DNA of 63,365 bases, the filler included, from a bacterium (GTDB taxonomy: Bacteria; JADJOY01), in the NCBI GenBank assembly GCA_046331705.1. It is 3 parts of 3 records of this genome, joined end to end, with 100 filler letters (N's around TTAATTAATTAA, not from the genome) between each part and the next. Parts side by side here need not be neighbours in the genome. Positions count along the whole stretch, not along the records: positions 25,458 to 50,609 come from JAXLQJ010000079.1; positions 50,710 to 63,365 come from JAXLQJ010000103.1; 1 more part is not named here. One strand, 5' to 3'. The first letter of the stretch is position 1. Each line of letters opens with the position of its first letter. Below, one piece after another: positions 43,296 through 54,730 of the stretch. The position numbers and the translations under genes are program-made. A model generated the notes under the pieces. That model worked only from the letters and a program-made list of their open reading frames with translations. It was not told the origin of the DNA and made no database searches.

Positions 43296-44714
43296 ATGCT
43301 GAAGCGCTACAGCCAGCTCTTCCTGAGCCTCCTGGTGGTGTGCGACCTGAGCGTGGTCGCGGGCGCCTGGCTGCTCGCGTTCTGGCTGCGTTTCTTCAGC
43401 CCGCTGGTGACCGACGCCATCCCCATCCGCTACGGCATTCCCGAGCTCGAGCGCTACACCAAGCTGCTGGTGCTGGTGATACCGATCTTCTACGCGCTCT
43501 TCCGAAGTCATGGGCTCTATCTGCCGCACCGCATCGCGCGGCGCTCGCGGGAGCTCTTCAACCTGGTGCGGGCGTCGGCTCTCGCCGTGGGCAGCCTGAT
43601 CGTCGTCGACTCGATGTTCCGCGAGTTCTTCCAGGCCTCGCGCGTGGTGTTCGCGATCTTCCTGCCGCTCGAGATCCTCGGTGTGGCGGCGCTGCGCTCG
43701 GTGATCCGGGCGGTGCTGCGGCAGCTTCGCAAGCGCGGCCAGAACCTGCGCCACGTGGTCGTGGTGGGAGCGGGAAGCCTCGGTGCCGAGGTGGTGGAGC
43801 GCATCCTGCGCCACCCGGAGATGGGGCTGCACATCGTGGGTGTGCTGGGCAAGGACACCTCCAAGGTCGGGCTCGAGATCCACGGGATCCCGGTGACGGG
43901 TGTCTACGAGGACGTCACGCGGATGCTGCGCGGCGGCGGGATCGATCAGGTGATCGTGGCCATCCCCATGGAGTCGCACCACCGTCTGGCGGCGATCCTC
44001 GATGCGATCGGATCGTTCATGGTGGACATCAAGGTGGTGCCGGATCTCTACCGCTTCATCAGCTTGCGTGGCGGCATCGAGGACTTCGACGGGATCCCCG
44101 TGGTGAGCATCCTGGAAACGCCGCTCTACGGCTGGAATCGGCTGCTCAAGCGACTCTTCGACATCGTGGTGTCGTCGATCGTGCTGGTCCTCGCGGCACC
44201 GCTCATGCTGCTCATCGCGCTGGCGGTGCGGATCAACTCCCCCGGGCCGATCTTCTACCGGCAGGAACGCATGGGGCTGGACGGACAGACGTTCCGGATG
44301 TACAAGTTCCGGACGATGCGCGTCGACGCCGAAGCCGAGACGGGACCAGTCTGGGCTTCGGAGGACGACCCCCGGCGCACTTCGTTCGGCGGCTGGTTGC
44401 GCCGCTGGAGCCTCGACGAGCTGCCGCAGCTCTTCAACGTGCTGCGCGGACAGATGAGCCTGGTGGGGCCGCGACCGGAGCGGCCGGTCTTCATCCAGAG
44501 CTTCAAGGACCAGATTCCCAAGTACATGCTGCGCCATCGAATGCAGGCGGGTGTGACCGGCTGGGCCCAGGTGAACGGATGGCGGGGAAACACCTCGATC
44601 GAGCAGCGCATCGCGTGTGATCTCTACTACATCGAGAACTGGTCCCTGTCGTTCGATCTCCGTATCCTGGGCCTGACGTTCATCAAGGGAATACGACACA
44701 AGAACGCGTACTGA
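43296..44714 (+). CDS. wcaJ: Undecaprenyl-phosphate glucose phosphotransferase
   Basis: N-terminal TMs, [39 protein letters not shown]. Confidence 0.92.
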   Translation: MLKRYSQLFLSLLVVCDLSVVAGAWLLAFWLRFFSPLVTDAIPIRYGIPELERYTKLLVLVIPIFYALFRSHGLYLPHRIARRSRELFNLVRASALAVGSLIVVDSMFREFFQASRVVFAIFLPLEILGVAALRSVIRAVLRQLRKRGQNLRHVVVVGAGSLGAEVVERILRHPEMGLHIVGVLGKDTSKVGLEIHGIPVTGVYEDVTRMLRGGGIDQVIVAIPMESHHRLAAILDAIGSFMVDIKVVPDLYRFISLRGGIEDFDGIPVVSILETPLYGWNRLLKRLFDIVVSSIVLVLAAPLMLLIALAVRINSPGPIFYRQERMGLDGQTFRMYKFRTMRVDAEAETGPVWASEDDPRRTSFGGWLRRWSLDELPQLFNVLRGQMSLVGPRPERPVFIQSFKDQIPKYMLRHRMQAGVTGWAQVNGWRGNTSIEQRIACDLYYIENWSLSFDLRILGLTFIKGIRHKNAY

Positions 44715-44792
44715 GGCTCGACGCCACCGGCGACGCGCGTCGATCGGGGCGGTGGCGGGCGTCTGCTGGCGCGGTGCGGGGAGGAGATTTCC

Positions 44793-46091
44793 GTGGAAGT
44801 GTGCGTCGTGGGTACGGGATACGTCGGCCTGGTCGCCGGCACTTGCTTCGCCGACAGCGGCCGCGACGTCATCTGCGTCGACAAGGACGCCGCCAAGATC
44901 GAGGCGCTCAACGCGGGCAAGGTTCCCATCTACGAGCCGGGACTGACCGAGCTCGTGGCGCGCAACCGCGCGGAGGGCCGGCTCACGTTCACCACCGACT
45001 TGGCCGCCGGCGTCCAGAAGAGTCGCATCGTCTTCATCGCCGTGGGCACGCCGCAGGGCGACGACGGGCGAGCCGACAAGCGCTTCGTGCTGGAGGTCGC
45101 GCGAGGCATCGGCCGCACGATGAACGGCTACAAGATCATCGTGGACAAGTCCACGGTGCCGGTGGGAACGGCCGAAGAGGTGAGGGCGGCGGTGCGGGGC
45201 GAGACCACGCACCCCTTCGACGTGGTGTCGAACCCCGAGTTCCTGAAGGAAGGGGACGCCATCCAGGACTTCATGAAGCCGGATCGCGTGGTGATCGGCA
45301 CCGACAAGGCCTCGGTCGCCGAGGTGATGAAGGAGCTCTACGCGCCCTTCGTGCGCACCGACAAGCCCATCTTGGTGATGGACATCCCGTCCGCCGAGAT
45401 GACCAAGTACGCCGCCAACGCGCTGCTCGCGACCAAGATCAGCTTCATGAACGAGATCTCGCGGGTCTGCGAGCGTGTCGGTGCCGACGTGACCATGGTG
45501 CGGAAGGGGATCGGCTCGGACTCGCGGATCGGTCCCCACTTTCTGTTCCCCGGTCTCGGTTACGGCGGCTCGTGCTTTCCCAAGGACGTGCAGGCGATCA
45601 TCCGCACCGGCGCCGACCACGGCGTGGCCATGGAGATCCTGGCTGCCGTGGAGAGCGTGAATCAGGGGCAGCGCCAGCACTTCATCGACAAGGTGATGCG
45701 GCACTTCGGAAACGACCTCGCGGGGCGCACGCTCGCGATCTGGGGCTTGAGCTTCAAGCCCCGCACCGACGACATGCGCATGGCCCCCGCGGTCACCATC
45801 ATCCAGGCGTTCCTCGACGCGGGCGCCCAGGTGCGCGCCCACGATCCCGAAGCGATGCAAGAGGCGCGCAAGCTCTTCGGCGATCGCGTGAGCTTCTGCG
45901 ACACGAACTACGCGGCGCTCGAGGGCGCCGACGCGCTGGTGATCGTCACGGAATGGAACGAGTTCCGGCGTCCCGACTTCGAGCGCGTGCGGGCGTTGCT
46001 CAAGCAGCCGGTGATCTTCGACGGCCGCAACCTCTACAACAAGGAAGAGATGCAGGCGCTCGGATTCTCGTATCACTCGATCGGTCGCTGA
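44793..46091 (+). CDS. ugd: UDP-glucose 6-dehydrogenase
   Basis: [36 protein letters not shown]. Confidence 0.96.
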   Translation: MEVCVVGTGYVGLVAGTCFADSGRDVICVDKDAAKIEALNAGKVPIYEPGLTELVARNRAEGRLTFTTDLAAGVQKSRIVFIAVGTPQGDDGRADKRFVLEVARGIGRTMNGYKIIVDKSTVPVGTAEEVRAAVRGETTHPFDVVSNPEFLKEGDAIQDFMKPDRVVIGTDKASVAEVMKELYAPFVRTDKPILVMDIPSAEMTKYAANALLATKISFMNEISRVCERVGADVTMVRKGIGSDSRIGPHFLFPGLGYGGSCFPKDVQAIIRTGADHGVAMEILAAVESVNQGQRQHFIDKVMRHFGNDLAGRTLAIWGLSFKPRTDDMRMAPAVTIIQAFLDAGAQVRAHDPEAMQEARKLFGDRVSFCDTNYAALEGADALVIVTEWNEFRRPDFERVRALLKQPVIFDGRNLYNKEEMQALGFSYHSIGR

Positions 46092-46126
46092 GCCAGCACC
46101 GACGTCTTCGCAGAAGGGACCGAATC

Positions 46127-47074
<948 letters not shown>

Positions 47075-47077
47075 GCC

Positions 47078-47953
47078 ATGAGCGACGCCGCGTCCGGCGA
47101 GGCGCCGGCGGATCTGGACGTTCCTTCGCCCGAGGACATCGCTCGCTGGCGGCGCGGGCTGGCGATCGGTGGCGGGGCGCTCGCCCTGGGTGCGTTCCTC
47201 ACCGTGCACCCCTGGTGGAAGGGGCCGTGTATCGACGGCGCCTGGGTCAAGGCGTGTTATGGCCTGGGCGGTGTCGGCGCGTTCGCCGCGCTCGGCAGCC
47301 CCTGGCTCTCCGGGTGGATCGCGCGACGGCCCGCATGGCGCGAGAACGTCTATTCGCTGGCGCTGGCCTTCCTGCTCGCGCTCGTCATCCGCACCTTCAT
47401 CGTCCAGGCGTTCAAGATCCCCTCGGGCTCGATGCTGCCGACCCTTCAGATCGGCGACCACATCCTCGTCGTGAAGTTCTCGTACGGCACCCGCATCCCG
47501 TTCACCGACCACGTGATCCAGGCACTCGGGCTTCGCGATCCGCAGCGTGGCGACATCGTGGTCTTCCGGTTCCCGCAGAACGAATGCGAGGACTACATCA
47601 AGCGCATCATCGGCTTGCCGGGAGACACGATCGAGGTCCGAAACCGCCGTGTCTTCGTCAATGGCGAGCCGCTGCGGGACGAGTGGGGCCGGTGCCCGGA
47701 CGGCAAGCTCATCTCCGATCCGGAATCCGACTGCGGTCCTCCCGCCGCGCGCGTCGACAACGCGGCGCCGTTCCACGTCCCCGAGGACAGCTACTTCATG
47801 ATGGGGGACAACCGGCAGCACAGCCAGGACAGCCGCTTCTGGGGCACCGTCGAGCGCGACAAGATCCTGGGCCGAGCGTTCTGGATCTACTGGTCGTGGG
47901 ATAGCGAACGGCACATGCCGCGGCTGGGACGCCTCGGTCGTACGGTCCACTGA
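47078..47953 (+). CDS. lepB: Signal peptidase I
   Basis: IPSGSMLPTL, RGDIVVF, YIKRIIG, GDNR..S.DSR. Confidence 0.95.
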   Translation: MSDAASGEAPADLDVPSPEDIARWRRGLAIGGGALALGAFLTVHPWWKGPCIDGAWVKACYGLGGVGAFAALGSPWLSGWIARRPAWRENVYSLALAFLLALVIRTFIVQAFKIPSGSMLPTLQIGDHILVVKFSYGTRIPFTDHVIQALGLRDPQRGDIVVFRFPQNECEDYIKRIIGLPGDTIEVRNRRVFVNGEPLRDEWGRCPDGKLISDPESDCGPPAARVDNAAPFHVPEDSYFMMGDNRQHSQDSRFWGTVERDKILGRAFWIYWSWDSERHMPRLGRLGRTVH

Positions 47954-48194
47954 TCCGCAGCGCTTCGGGCGCATGCCTGGCGCGCCGTCGCACCTCGGTG
48001 CGATCGACCGTCGCGCAGGCGCGCCCCTTCGGGATCACACCCGGATCGCACGGCGACGGTGGCGCGGGCAACGGGCAGCGCGCGACGCCCCGACGCGAGC
48101 GCGCAGCCACGGCCCGGGCGCGGCCCCGCCGTCCCCGCGAACGAGCGCCCGCGAGCACGGCGGCGACGGTGTCGATGCGCGGCAGGTCGCCGCG

Positions 48195-48977
48195 TCAGGG
48201 CGCGATCTTCTGCTGGCCCAGCACGTAGGTGAAGCCCGCGCTCAGGTTTCCAGGCACCACGCGGGTGATGTACTGCTCGACGAAGCGATCGATCTCGGTG
48301 ATCGTGGTCGGCGGCACGATGACGATGTCGAAGGGCGCCAGCGCGGGATCGACCGATCCATCCGTTCCCTCGGCGAGCTTCGCCAAGTCGACGACCCGCG
48401 AGGTGGCGGCGCCGTCCGGGCTCTTGCGCAGCAACACCACCTTCGAGAGATCGCCCGCGGGGGTGTAGCCCCCAGCGGCGAGGATCGCGCTCATGGCGCT
48501 CATCCGCCCCAGGATCTGGACGTCGCGTGGATGGAACACCTCCCCACCGACGTACACCACGCGCCCGGCGTATTCGCGCACGAAGACCGTGATGCTGGGA
48601 TCCCGGACCGTGCGCGCGAGCTCGCGGGTGAGCGCTTGCGCGAGCTCCTCGGGAGTGAGGCCATCGGCGCGCAGATAACCCGTCAACGGGTGCGCGATCT
48701 TGCCGTCTGGACCGACGCGCACGGTCTCGTTGAGCGAGCCATCGACGAGCGACTTGATCTCGATCAGGTCGCCCGGAACGATGCGATAGGTCACGTCGTC
48801 CTGTGCCGCGGCGGCAGCCGCAGGCGCCGCCGTGGGCACCGCGGCGCCATCCGGCTCGGGTGCCGCCTGGGCGGGTCGACCCGCGCAGAGTCCCGTCGCC
48901 ACGAGCAAGGCCCACGCCGGCAGCGCCAGGCGCGCACGCGCCGAACGGAATTCGAGAATCGCTCGAGATCGGATCAT
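48195..48977 (-). CDS. Polysaccharide export OPX/Wza-family protein (short)
   Basis: YRIVPGD, VGPDGKI.HPL.G, VYVGGEV..P, AGGYT (Poly_export + SLBB). Confidence 0.88.
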   Translation of the reverse strand: MIRSRAILEFRSARARLALPAWALLVATGLCAGRPAQAAPEPDGAAVPTAAPAAAAAAQDDVTYRIVPGDLIEIKSLVDGSLNETVRVGPDGKIAHPLTGYLRADGLTPEELAQALTRELARTVRDPSITVFVREYAGRVVYVGGEVFHPRDVQILGRMSAMSAILAAGGYTPAGDLSKVVLLRKSPDGAATSRVVDLAKLAEGTDGSVDPALAPFDIVIVPPTTITEIDRFVEQYITRVVPGNLSAGFTYVLGQQKIAP

Positions 48978-48978
48978 G

Positions 48979-49674
48979 TCAGGATTTCCCCTTGGGACGC
49001 TTCGCCTTCGCGCCTGCGGGCGCGGACTTGCCCGGCGCGGGTTTCGTTGCGGTGCCACCCACCGGCTGATTGAGCTTCTTCCAGAGCCGCGCGAACAAGC
49101 TCTCCGGCGCTCCATCGGCGCTGTCTGCGGATTCTCGTTCTCGTGACTTGCCACGACCGGGACGTGCGGGCGCTTCCGCCTTGTTGCGCTCCTTCCCACG
49201 TCCGCCGGCATTGCCCATGGCCGCCTCCGCGGCCGCGTTGAGCGCATCCAGCGGCGGTGGCGCCTCCACCGCCGGCGCGATGCGCCGGTGCGGCCGCTTA
49301 CCGGCATCGACCTTGATCAAGTCCTGATTGCCGGACGTGAGTGCGTTGACGAAGTCGAAGATGCGCTGGCGGTCCAGCTCGGCGAGCAACGTGAACTTGA
49401 GCCCCATGCCTGGCGGCAACGCCGACGGCACGAACGGTCGATAGGGATTCGAGTACACCACCGACGCCGTGGCGCGGATCGGCGGTCCCTTCATCCCCGG
49501 CAACGTGAGCTGCAAGGTGATGAGCGAGTTCACCGGCGAGGCCGCCTGCGTGTGAACGAAGACGCCCTTGTCGGTGAGCTGCTCGGCCTCCGCTTCCACG
49601 TCGAGCCCGTCGCTCGCCTGATAGCGCACGGGGTAGCGATGCGGCTTCGGCTGGGCGTCGGCGGCTCGGGTCAT
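48979..49674 (-). CDS. PilZ-domain protein (degenerate motifs) with charged low-complexity tail
   Basis: GVFV.T, ATASVVY, PPGMGLKF PilZ pattern. Confidence 0.75.
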   Translation of the reverse strand: MTRAADAQPKPHRYPVRYQASDGLDVEAEAEQLTDKGVFVHTQAASPVNSLITLQLTLPGMKGPPIRATASVVYSNPYRPFVPSALPPGMGLKFTLLAELDRQRIFDFVNALTSGNQDLIKVDAGKRPHRRIAPAVEAPPPLDALNAAAEAAMGNAGGRGKERNKAEAPARPGRGKSRERESADSADGAPESLFARLWKKLNQPVGGTATKPAPGKSAPAGAKAKRPKGKS

Positions 49675-49811
49675 CGAAGGCTCGACCGCCGGCACTGGCG
49701 GCGGCGATTCTCGCGATCTTACCGGAATCGCTGGTTGTCTGCGAGAGCCGGATCTCGTACAACCAGCGCGACGAGCTAGGGGCCGAGACGCGGGAGCGCG
49801 CCGCAGGGGGG

Positions 49812-50609
49812 ATGCGAGTGAAGTGCCGTCGCCCGATCGAACGTACGCAACGCACACACCGTGGTCGGAGCCCATGCACGTGGCTCGCGCCGCTCCTGAG
49901 CGTCGGGGTGGCGCTCGCCGGTGCAGCCGGTGCGCAAGCTCAGCCTGCACCCGCTCCCCGCACGCCCGCGCCCGCACGATCCGCCGCGCCGGTGGCCGAG
50001 CCCGCGGCCGCTCCGGCGCCTCCAAGCACGGAGCCGGCAGCCCCTCCCGCCGCACCCGCGCCACCGCCGTTCCCCGACGGGTTTCTCGGCGTGAAGCTCG
50101 AGTCCACCATCGACCAGGTCCGTGGCGCCATCCCCAAGACCAGCGAAGCCTTCGAGATCGACGACCAGAAGAATTGTCCGACCGCTCCGGCTCAGCCGTG
50201 CCATCGCATCGTCGAGAAGGCGCCCAAGGACACGGGGGCGTCGCACAGCAAGGCCGAGTACTGGTTCAACCCGTTCAACGGCCGACTCGCGCGGATCACG
50301 GTCGAGTACCGCGTGGGGTACGTGGACGTCGACGCGCAGTTCACGCAGAGCTTCGGCGCGCCCACGTCTCGGACCGAGAAGAGCGTGGCGCAAAACGCGT
50401 TCCTGGGAGCGGGCACCGAGGTCACCAAGGTCTGGCGACAGGGTCCATACGAAGTCGAGCTGGTGTACTTGCTGCTGGCGAAGAACCCGACCGAGGCCCA
50501 CACGGGCCACGTCGAGTTCCGCAGCGTGACCCAGCTCGAGCTGATGCGCGAGCTCGGTGAGCAGATGAAGACCCTGTCCCGTCCGCCCGGCACGGCCCCC
50601 ACGCCGCCA
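49812..50609 (+). CDS. Hypothetical exported protein with Pro/Ala linker, 3' truncated
   Basis: Signal peptide ending AQA, PA-rich linker, globular domain starting FPDGFLGVKL. Confidence 0.7.
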
Positions 50610-50709
50610 NNNNNNNNNNNNNNNNNNNNNNNNNNNNNNNNNNNNNNNNNNNNTTAATTAATTAANNNNNNNNNNNNNNNNNNNNNNNNNNNNNNNNNNN
50701 NNNNNNNNN
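50610..50709. other. Artificial contig-join linker
   Basis: Same N44-TTAATTAATTAA-N44 cassette. Confidence 0.97.
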
Positions 50710-50842
50710 AGCGAGACCCAATTCGGCGTCGCTGGCGTGGAGGTGTGACTCGGGGAGGGAAGGCGCGCGCGGTGAGCGGCTCACCGGGCGTTCCACGCGA
50801 CCCACGTCCGGGGTCGTTGCCGTTCCCGCGTCGATTGGAACA

Positions 50843-50879
50843 GCGCCTCGCGCCCCGGGTTGACCGGGACGCGAGGCGC
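50843..50879 (-). terminator. Intrinsic terminator-like hairpin downstream of the CSLREA gene
   Basis: Minus strand GCGCCTCGCGTCCCGG-TCAAC-CCGGGGCGCGAGGCGC (16-bp stem with one G-U), followed by TGTT. Confidence 0.7.
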
Positions 50880-50904
50880 ACTCACCTCGCGAATGGACTG
50901 CCGC

Positions 50905-53900
50905 TCAGGATCGGTTTCGTGCCGCGACCTTCCGCCGCCACGTGCGAACGAAGACGAGCGCGGGGCCGAGGTAGAGACCGAGGTCGACGTTGCCGCGCCC
51001 GGAAGCTCCGGTGTTGCTCGCTGTGGCCGTGGTCGGCTGGCAGCCACCCGAGCACGCCGCCGTCGTGAACGTGTGATCGGTTCCGTTCGTCGTTCCGCCT
51101 GCGCTCGCGGCCACGGCGCGGAAGTGGTAGGTGGTGGCGCACGCGAGGCCCGTCAGCGCCGCGGATGCCGGTTGCGCCGAGGAGCCCGTGAAGGCGCCGG
51201 CGGGCTTCGAGCTGCCGTAGGAGGTGGTCGTGCCGTACTCGAACGTCACCGTGGTCGACGAGCCGTTCGGATTCACGCTCGCGTTCAGCGTGGCGCCGGT
51301 GGTGGTGATGGCCGATGCGTTACCCGTGGTGACGCTGGGTGGCGGCGGCGGGCATGCCGAGGTGGCGAACGACAGATCGGCGCCGTAGGTGGTGCCGCCG
51401 ACACTCTGCGCGACGACGCGGACGTGGTAGGTCGCGCCACAGGAGAGACCGGTGATTGGCTGCGCGACAGCGGTATCGGTCGATCCCGTGTAGTTCCCCA
51501 CGAACAGCGCGCCGCCGTAGTCCGTGGTCAGGCCGTACTCGAAGCCCACGCCGGTCGTCGCGCCATTCGGGTTGATGGTGGCATTCAGCGTGGCGCCGGA
51601 CCCCGTGATGGCGCTCGGCGCGAGCGTCGTGGCGGCGGGCGGCGGTGGCGGCGGGCAAGCGCTGGTCGTGAAGGCGAGGTCGTCACCCTGCGCCAGCACC
51701 GGTCCTTGCGTGCTCGTGAGCACGCCGCGGAAGTGATAGGTCGTCCCGCAGCTCAGGCCGGTCACGACCTCGTTCAGTCCCCGCGTTCCCGTGCCCACGT
51801 AGGGCCCGCGATTGGGCGTGACCTGGCCGTACGCCGTCGACGTTCCGTAGTCGAAGTGAACGAACGTCGAGAAGCTGCTCGGGTCGAACGTGGCGGCCAG
51901 CGTGGCAGCGGTATCGGTCACCGCGAACGCGGCTGCGGTGGTGATGGAGACGGGGCACGGTGGCGTGACCGTTCGGTCTGCAGTGGTGGTCGTGCCTGCC
52001 GTGCTCGTGGCCACGGCGCGGGCGTGATAGGTCGTGGCGCAGGTGAGATCGGACACCGCGGCGGAGAGCGGCAGCGACGCGCCGCCGGTGACCGTGCCGA
52101 GGGAAACGACGTTGCCGTAGCTGGTCGTCGGTCCGTACTCGATCGAGACGGTGGTCTCGAGCCCGTTCGGGTTCACGGACGTGCTCATCGTCGTCCCGGA
52201 CGAGGTCGTGTTGCTGAACGTCACGGCCGATACCGTCGGCGGTGGGCACGCGCTGGTGGTCGTGAAGCTCTGATCCTCGCCGTAGATCGTCTCGGTCGCG
52301 GTGAGCGCCGCGACGCGGAAGTGATACGTCGACTGGCAGGTCAGCCCGGAGAGACTGGAGTTGACCGAGTAGTTCGGTCCTGCTCCTGCGAGATTCCGCG
52401 GGTTCGTGGCTGTGCCGTACGAGGTGGTGGGTCCGTACTCGAAGAAATACTGGGTCGTCGTGCCGTTCGGCGTGATGGTGCCGTTCAGCCTGGCCGACGT
52501 GGCGGTCACGTTGGTTGCGGGCAGCGTGGTGGCCGTGGGCGTGCTGCAGTCCGAGGTGGTCGTGAACGTCGCGTCGTCGCCGTACGCGGTTCCGCCTGGG
52601 CTCGTGGCGACAGCGCGGTAGTGGTAGAGCGTGCTGCATTCGAGGTGCGAGATCGTGATCTGGCCCGATTGCGGCGTCTCGCCGCGCTCCGTGAAGGACG
52701 AAGACGTGGCGCCGTAGCTCGGCGTCTTGCCGTACTCGAAGCTGACGTGGGTCACGGCGCTGTGGGGGCTCACCGTGGCGGAGAGCCGCGCGGACGAGGA
52801 CGTCACGTTGCTCGCGCCTCCCGTCGTCACCTCGGGCGGCGGGCAGGTAGCCGTGGTGAAGGCCAGGTCGCTGCTCGTGACGAGATCACCATCGTTCCAG
52901 GCCAGCACCCGATGGTGATACGTCGTCTGGCAGACGAGCCCCGTGGCGGCGACGGCGATCGGCAACACGCCGTTGCCGGAGAGCGGCGACGCGTAGTCGA
53001 TCAGCGTGTCGTAGCTGGTCGTCGTGCCCAGCTCGAAGCGCGCGCCGGTGGTCGAGCCATTCGGATTCACCGTGGCGTTGAGTGTCGCGCCGCCGGGTAG
53101 AAGATTGGTCGCGGGCTCGATCGTCACGCTGGGCGGCGCGCAGCTCGGATTCTCGGGCGGACAGGTCAGGCGCTCGTAGGCACCCACGTCGCACGCCGCG
53201 CCCTGCGGTCGCGGCGTGCCGTTCTGATCGGTGGTGGGGCAGGGAGCCGCGACGCCTGCGTCGATGGCGAGATTCCCCGCGAGCAGCGGTAGTGACGCCG
53301 TGGTGCCGCGGTAGGTCGCGAATGGGGCCAGCGGAAGCGCCGCAGCGGGCACGTCAGCCTGATCGCCGAGCGCGCTGAAGCCGCAGGTATGTCCGCCGCT
53401 CTCGATGTTGCCCCCGTCCGACGTGACGTGACCGGTCGTGCCGCACTCACCCATCAGCAGCACGTTGGCCATGTGCATCGTCGCCACAGCGGTGTCGTCG
53501 TGATTGAGGACGGCCACGCGCGACGGCGGATAGCCGGGGAGGCCCGAGTAACCCGGGCTGCCGTTGTCGTAGAAGGTCACGTTGGTGAGCGACACGTGGC
53601 CGCTGTGGTTGTCGATGACGTGCGGCGTTCCCACCGGTGGCGGCGCGGTGTAGCCGGAGGTCACGTTGCGAGTGAACGTGGAGTTGGACACGTTCACGTC
53701 GCCGCCCTCGTTCACGATTCCCGCCGCAGTCAAGAACGCCCTGTTGTCGGCGAGCGCCGATCGGCTCAACGCGACGGATCCGCCGAGAACGTGGAGCGCT
53801 CGGTCGTTGGAGCGAAACGTCGAGTCTTCGATCGTCACGTCGCCCGCTCGGAGCAGGACCGCGCCGAAATCGCCATCACCCAGTCCGTTGTCGCGGTTCT

Positions 53901-54693
53901 CTGCGAACGTCACCTGGGAGAGATGAAGCGCGTCGCCGCTGAAGTCGAGGGTGCCCCCTGCGTCGTTGGTGGTGTTCTGGGTCACGGCAGAGTTCTCGAT
54001 CAGCACCGTTCCCGAGGCGACGATGCCGGAGCCGACGGCCATGGATCGGTTTCCGTCGATGGTCGAGCCGTGCAGCTCCAGGTGGCTGCCGAAGGAAGCG
54101 ATCGCGCCTCCCGAGCCCGGCGTCGCGCAGCCCGAGATCGCCACGTCGCTCAGCTCGAGGGATCCCTCGCTGCGAATGCACCCGCCGTCTTCGTTCGCGG
54201 CCAGGAGATACGTGTACCCGTTGCGAATCGAGAGACCCGTGAGCTCGACGGAGACGGACGAGCCGAGGATCTCGAACACACGATCGGTCGCTGGAGGCGA
54301 ATTCGCCGCGTCGATGATCGTATTCGCCGAGCCGGCACCCTCGATCGTCACGTCGTCGGTGAGGTCGAGGTCGCCCGTCGCGGCGAGCGCCTCGTCGCCG
54401 CCCTGGACGCTGAGCGCGTACGTCCCCGCGGGGACGACGATGGAGTCGGGGCCTGGCGAAGCGTTCGCCGCGATCACGGCCTCGCGGAGCGAGCAATCCG
54501 CATCGCAGCTTCCGTCCGCGGTATCCGCGGTCTTGGTGACGGTGAACGTCGCCGCGGCTGCGGGTAGCGCCACCACACCGGCGAGGGCGCCGGCGAGCAG
54601 CAGGCCGAGGACGCGGCGCCTGGCCGCAGAGCGCTTCGGGGTCGTGCGAGTACGCACTCGCCGCGCCGACGATCCGACCAACCTGAATTGCAT
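50905..54693 (-). CDS. Large surface protein: CSLREA domain, beta-helix/choice-of-anchor Q, 7 FN3-like repeats, C-terminal sorting-like tail
   Basis: DCSLREAVIAAN; AIDAG..C.TTDQ.G..RPQG.ACDVGAYE; seven ~99-aa repeats; hydrophobic + basic C-terminus. Confidence 0.9.
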   Translation of the reverse strand: MQFRLVGSSARRVRTRTTPKRSAARRRVLGLLLAGALAGVVALPAAAATFTVTKTADTADGSCDADCSLREAVIAANASPGPDSIVVPAGTYALSVQGGDEALAATGDLDLTDDVTIEGAGSANTIIDAANSPPATDRVFEILGSSVSVELTGLSIRNGYTYLLAANEDGGCIRSEGSLELSDVAISGCATPGSGGAIASFGSHLELHGSTIDGNRSMAVGSGIVASGTVLIENSAVTQNTTNDAGGTLDFSGDALHLSQVTFAENRDNGLGDGDFGAVLLRAGDVTIEDSTFRSNDRALHVLGGSVALSRSALADNRAFLTAAGIVNEGGDVNVSNSTFTRNVTSGYTAPPPVGTPHVIDNHSGHVSLTNVTFYDNGSPGYSGLPGYPPSRVAVLNHDDTAVATMHMANVLLMGECGTTGHVTSDGGNIESGGHTCGFSALGDQADVPAAALPLAPFATYRGTTASLPLLAGNLAIDAGVAAPCPTTDQNGTPRPQGAACDVGAYERLTCPPENPSCAPPSVTIEPATNLLPGGATLNATVNPNGSTTGARFELGTTTSYDTLIDYASPLSGNGVLPIAVAATGLVCQTTYHHRVLAWNDGDLVTSSDLAFTTATCPPPEVTTGGASNVTSSSARLSATVSPHSAVTHVSFEYGKTPSYGATSSSFTERGETPQSGQITISHLECSTLYHYRAVATSPGGTAYGDDATFTTTSDCSTPTATTLPATNVTATSARLNGTITPNGTTTQYFFEYGPTTSYGTATNPRNLAGAGPNYSVNSSLSGLTCQSTYHFRVAALTATETIYGEDQSFTTTSACPPPTVSAVTFSNTTSSGTTMSTSVNPNGLETTVSIEYGPTTSYGNVVSLGTVTGGASLPLSAAVSDLTCATTYHARAVATSTAGTTTTADRTVTPPCPVSITTAAAFAVTDTAATLAATFDPSSFSTFVHFDYGTSTAYGQVTPNRGPYVGTGTRGLNEVVTGLSCGTTYHFRGVLTSTQGPVLAQGDDLAFTTSACPPPPPPAATTLAPSAITGSGATLNATINPNGATTGVGFEYGLTTDYGGALFVGNYTGSTDTAVAQPITGLSCGATYHVRVVAQSVGGTTYGADLSFATSACPPPPPSVTTGNASAITTTGATLNASVNPNGSSTTVTFEYGTTTSYGSSKPAGAFTGSSAQPASAALTGLACATTYHFRAVAASAGGTTNGTDHTFTTAACSGGCQPTTATASNTGASGRGNVDLGLYLGPALVFVRTWRRKVAARNRS
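51052..53136 (-). repeat. Seven tandem ~99-aa FN3-like protein repeats
   Basis: Consensus PP.VTT..A..IT...ATLNA.VNPNG..T...FEYG.TTSYG...GL.C.TTYH.R..A...FTT.AC. Confidence 0.85.
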
Positions 54694-54730
54694 GGGAACC
54701 TCGCAGTGATACCGCGAGGAGGGTGAAATG

